Origin: Mobula hypostoma
Lineage: Eukaryota
DNA length: 64,000 bases
Direction of reading: 5' to 3'
Assembly: GCF_963921235.1 (NCBI RefSeq)
Contig: NC_086097.1
Span: 182,778,001 to 182,842,000, forward strand
A program made the position numbers and the translations under genes. The notes beneath the pieces were generated by a model. It was not told the origin of the DNA. It did not search any database and saw nothing but the letters and a program-made list of their open reading frames with translations. Positions 59,805 to 64,000 of the stretch are shown here, one piece after another. Numbering within the stretch: position 1 is the first letter of the stretch; each line of letters opens with the position of its first letter.

Positions 59805-59843
59805 CCACCAATCACCGTTGATGTACCCTCTCTCTGTGCCCAG

Positions 59844-60065
59844 GTCCGAGGACTATGTGGGACTTACAACTGGAACCAGAGGGATGACTTCCTCACCCCG
59901 CTGGGTGACATTGAGACCACACCCTCTGCTTTCATCCACAAGTTTGGATCCCCCCTCGGCTGTCCTGAGGGCAACCCCCTCACGCTAGACCCCTGCAACA
60001 CCTTCGCCCAGCGCCGAGAATTCGCAGAGGAGACGTGTCAGTTTCTCTGGAGCGAGGTCTTCCAG
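59844..60065 (+). CDS. SSPO: SCO-spondin coding exon 15 (end of VWD2, start of C8)
   Basis: GCCCAG acceptor. VRGLCGTYNWNQRDDFLTPLGDIETTPSAFIHKF...DPCNTFAQRREFAEETCQFLWSEVFQ. Donor GTAACG; phase 0-0. Confidence 0.95.
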
Positions 60066-60274
60066 GTAACGGTTCCGTTGGGGTGGCGGGGGTGGTGAGT
60101 GTAACTGGTCAAGGAATGCAGACGGTCAGCACGGATGTGATGGGCCAAAGGGCCGATTTCTGTGAGTGACTATTCCAACCTTGCTATAGTTCGAGTAATA
60201 TCTGATTTCCTTTTCCTCTCTCCAACCTGCCTCCACCCTTTCTCGCTCTCCTGCCTCACTCGGTTTCCCTGCAG

Positions 60275-60440
60275 CCCTGCCACGACCTTGTTGAGGTGGA
60301 GCCTTACCATGACCTGTGTCTCTATGACGTGTGTGGATGTGCCGGCAACGTGGACTGCCTGTGTGCAAGTGTGGCTGCCTACGCGAGGGCCTGCGCACAG
60401 GAGGGTGTGCTCATTCACTGGAGGTTGGGCAGCACTTGCC
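60275..60440 (+). CDS. SSPO: SCO-spondin coding exon 16 (C8)
   Basis: CTGCAG acceptor. PCHDLVEVEPYHDLCLYDVCGCAGNVDCLCASVAAYARACAQEGVLIHWRLGSTC. Donor GTGAGT; phase 0-1. Confidence 0.95.
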
Positions 60441-61161
60441 GTGAGTATTCCTGTCCTCTGCCCTCTCCTCCTCCTGTACACACCCCATTCTCTCCATCTC
60501 CCCTGCTCCAGTCCGTCCCCTCACTTCCCCGCTCAATGCTCACTCTCTGACACGTGAAAAATGGACATTGTGCTGGTTACTCTGACCCCACCAATATTCT
60601 ACCAGTTTGCCAAACCGGGTTCCCTCTGTGAACCACACTGACTCTGCCCAGTCTCATTCGTATTTTCCAAGTGCCCTGTCACCACTTCTTCAGTGGCAGA
60701 CTCCGGCACTTTCTCCTGCTCTTGTTGGTCCAGGCATCCAATGCACAGCTACTCAGCTGTGGAGAGTGAGAGCAGGCCTCTGGGGAGCACCTTGGATGTC
60801 TGTTTCTGTGGTTCACAACACACATTAGATCTGCTGGAAGAGGAGTATCTGACCTGATGGGTGTGACAGAGCTGCCTGACACCAGCGTCATGGTTCAGAC
60901 ATAGACCTGCCACCTCCTGCCCACCCTTCACCTGAATCACCTCCCCATCACCACCGCACCTCTCCATCTCCACTCTCCTTTCTCCACACTGCACCTTCCT
61001 CTGTCCTCCCCAACCAACCCTCTCTCTTCATATCCTCCCTCTCTCCCTCCACCCCCTCCCTCCCTCTACTTCACCTCTCCTCTACTCCCTCCTCCCCATC
61101 CCCCACCCGCCTCTGCCTCGTTCACCTCCCCCTGGGACTCAGTGCTCTCTTCTCCCCGCAG

Positions 61162-61405
61162 CCATGGAGTGCTCTGGGGGCCGCGTGTACAAGGAATGCA
61201 GCCGCCCCTGCGGAGGTTCCTGCTGGCAGCGGAGGGAAGAGGTGGGCTGTGCCTCGTTGGTAGGCTGTGTGCCTGGGTGTAGCTGCCCCGATGGGCTGGT
61301 GCTGGACGACGAGGGTCAGTGTATCCCCCCGTCCCTCTGCCCCTGCCTGCTTGAAGATGTTGTGCACCCCGCTGGGACTGTGATCAGCAGAAGCTGCAAC
61401 AGCTG
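61162..61405 (+). CDS. SSPO: SCO-spondin coding exon 17 (TIL plus start of VWC/TILa); the gene continues beyond the window
   Basis: CCGCAG acceptor. MECSGGRVYKECSRPCGGSC...CVPGCSCPDGLVLDDEGQCIPPSLCPC...CNS. Donor GTAGGT; phase 1-2. Confidence 0.95.
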
Positions 61406-62287
61406 GTAGGTGATCCACCGAGGGAGCATTGGCCCCCACGTCTCCCACACCTCACAACATGCCAGTACAGTGAAGGCACACCAGCACAGTTTCTGTGCTC
61501 TACACGGGTTCTTGGGCCAGGAAGAGGCGGATGGGTGAAGGAGAGAGGTTTAGTGGGGATCTGAGGGAGGCTGGCGTTGGGAACAAACATCCTGTGGGGC
61601 AGAGATTCACCACGTTTGGGAACTATGTTCGGGTACTCGAATCGGCAAGGTCAAGAGGAACAAATGATGTAGACGGGATTGGTGTAGACATCTTGATGAG
61701 TGTGTTTCTGTGCTGTGTGACTCCGGCTTTTTAAAAATCCATCTCTAATTGCCCCTTGAGAAGGTTGGGCGAGGGGCACAGCATTGCACCACTGAGGGGA
61801 TGGAGTTTCGGGACTTACCCCCTTGTCCCTCGCCACCTTCCAGACCCGGGAGGAGTCCCAGGCAGGATGGTGTGTGACCTGGAGGGAAACCAGAAGGTGG
61901 TGGTGCGCCCTGCCCTGCTGTTGTGGGGAGAAGGTGGGACCTGTCTGAGTAACTGTGGTGTGGTTTGTAGAGGGAGATCACTGCAGCATAGGGAGGGAGC
62001 CTAAGGGGTTGCAATGGAGGGAGGGAATATTTGGGGAGGTGGAGAGTGGAAGTGCAGGTGGAAGGAGAGGTGTTTGGTGAGGCGTGGAGGTGGAAGAAGT
62101 GTTCAGTGGGAGGTTGGTGGATGCAAGAGAGGAGGAAGGGATGTTTGGTGAGGTGAGTGGTGGTGGTGGGAGGGTGAGATGGAACGAAGGGGTGGATTGT
62201 TGATCAAATAGAGTGATTTGTTCTAGATATGCTGTAGTTTCTGAGGGTTGCTGGAACCACACTAATAGAGATGTAGAGAGAGTCGAC

Positions 62288-62920
62288 ATGGAACAGGCCC
62301 TTCAGCCCATCAAGTCCAGACAACCATCAGTCACTAGTTTACTGTAATTCTACATTAATCCCACATTCCCACCAACCCCCCCCCAACTAGATAATTTACA
62401 GCAGCCAATTAATCCACTGCACACCTTGGTGATGTGGGAGAAAATCGGAAGACCTTGAGGAACCCCATTTGGCCACACGGAAAACAGGCATATAGTGGTG
62501 GAGATCAGGATTGGACTGGGGTTACTGGAACTGGCTGGAGATCAGGATTGGACTGGGGTTACTGGAACTGGCTGGAGATCAGGATTGGACTGGGGTTACT
62601 GGAACTGGCTGGAGATCAGGATTGGACTGGGGTTACTGGAACTGGCTGGAGATCAGGATTGGACTGGGGTTACTGGAACTGGCTGGAGATCAGGATTGGA
62701 CTGGGGTTACTGGAACTGGCTGGAGATCAGGATTGGACTGGGGTTACTGGAACTGGCTGGAGATCAGGAATGGACTGGGGTTACTGGAACTGGCTGGAGA
62801 TCAGGAATGGACTGGTATTACTGGAACTGGCTGGAGATCAGGATGAACCAAGGTTGCTGGAGTTGTCTGGAGATGAGGATTGGACCGGGGTTGCTGGAGC
62901 TGGCTCTACCTGCTGTACAC
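62288..62920 (-). mobile_element. Degraded SINE with an internal tandem expansion
   Basis: GGAACAGGCCCTTCAGCCC tail and a TGTGGGAGAAAATCGG...GAGGAACCCCA body in reverse orientation. Confidence 0.55.
62500..62900 (+). repeat. 37-nt minisatellite (GGAGATCAGGATTGGACTGGGGTTACTGGAACTGGCT)n
   Basis: About 9 near-perfect units plus decayed ones; period 37 (62501, 62538, ...). Confidence 0.95.
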
Positions 62921-64000
62921 TCACCCTGGCTCATGGGGAGTGTTTCTCACCTATGATTCTGGATGGGAGAAAGGTCATAGGGTGTCAGGATCCTCACACA
63001 ATCCTAGATCCTGACCTGTTCCTACAGCCACGGATTTATGTGGCTGGTCCAGTTGAATTTCTGATCAGTGCTGACCCAGAGAATGTTGATGATGGGGTCT
63101 GAGTGAAGGTTATGTTACTGAGTGTCAAGGGTTCCTGGTTAGACTTTCCCTTGTTGGAGATGGTCATTGCCTGACAGTTTTTTGCGGTTCAATGAAGACC
63201 CTGCAACATATGTAGTGTACTGGTAGTCAGTGCCATGGGCTTTTGATAACTAGATGATGATCAAACCCCACTGGTCAACAATCACCAGAGAGAGGTGAAA
63301 GACGACTGAGGGGAGTTGCTCAGTTTATGTTTAAAAAATAACCCATTCTCAGTGCTAGCCATGGTGGAAACTGCCAACTGATGTAGATACTGATTACCTT
63401 CTCAATCTCATTCTAAGAGAGATTGAGGGGGAAGAAATTCAGAGAGAGTCAGTAAGGGCACCTTCTCCACCCAGGGATGGGATAGTAGCAGGAATGAACC
63501 TCCCATTTGAAGATTGAAGATTGAGAGGCTGACAGTGTTTAGGATGAACACTTAATCGTTTTGAACTGAAGTCCACAGGTCAAGATCTGGGAGGTGGGAT
63601 TAATGTCCATTTAGTGGGTTGGTGCAGGTGTGTGGGGTGAAAGGCCATTCACCATGCCATACACCTTACCCAGTGAGATGCCATCCTCATCCACTCCAGC
63701 TTGTATGAGACCACAGACTGACGTCGTTAACTCATTGCCCTCACCAGCCTTCTGTTTCTGGGGATACTGCTGGTAATGTCCATGGCTGAACAGACAGGCA
63801 GCAGTGGACAGGATGCATCTCTGATCCACTGGGAATGCAGTGCAAAGCTCCTGATTGATCAGCAGGTGTGAGGGTTCAGAGAGACTGATTTGTAAGGAGG
63901 TGTGGGGGCTTGGGGGGAGATTCTGATTGGTTGAGTGCTGTGCATGGCTTAAGTGAAACTGATTGGTCAGGAAGTGTGAGGGACTAGGGAGACTCTGATT

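Noticed and set aside
34917..61405. Alternative identity as VWF, mucin, otogelin, zonadhesin or FCGBP
   Set aside because: The N-terminal EMI domain plus Cys-rich linker before VWD1, and motifs such as [29 protein letters not shown], DYVxGxLL and AYITLxPxxAH, follow SSPO specifically.
38040..62900. Minisatellites at 38040, 51219, 58680 and 62500 as CRISPR arrays
   Set aside because: Units are directly tandem with no unique spacers, there are no cas genes, and the context is vertebrate introns.
62434..63102. Trp-rich repeat ORFs as a further SSPO exon
   Set aside because: They are products of the 37-nt minisatellite. The expected next exon (Cys-x-Cys...W-x-C, phase 2) was not found before 64000.

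Overview
Vertebrate genomic DNA. The repeat families suggest a cartilaginous fish, probably a ray, but this is inference. The main gene is the 5' part of SCO-spondin (SSPO) on the + strand. I assembled 17 coding exons by eye (34917-61405, 2675 nt, about 891 codons). All have GT-AG introns, matching phases and no stops, and they encode signal peptide-EMI-VWD1-C8-TIL-VWC/TILa-VWD2-C8-TIL. The gene continues past the window. A CpG island with CCAAT and TATA boxes at about 6.7-7.4 kb is the likely promoter, with a ~24-nt non-coding first exon. That would make intron 1 about 27.5 kb, almost all of it one ~26.5-kb C/T-rich satellite; the 7,000-8,800 aa ORFs there are artefacts of its composition. 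A candidate terminal exon of an unidentified upstream gene, with two CxxC motifs, lies at 5506-5641. The rest is CR1-, Rex1- and RTE-like LINE pieces, a Tc1 transposon, a solo LTR, SINEs and minisatellites. The most notable observations are these. (1) A family of short Penelope-type elements carries a minimal type-I hammerhead ribozyme motif; the youngest copy is a perfect 79-bp palindrome with a 16-bp target-site duplication, and two decayed copies bracket the giant satellite. (2) An inverted copy of part of an SSPO exon and its splice donor sits in the preceding intron. (3) An intronic hairpin minisatellite is packed with UGCAUG (RBFOX) motifs.
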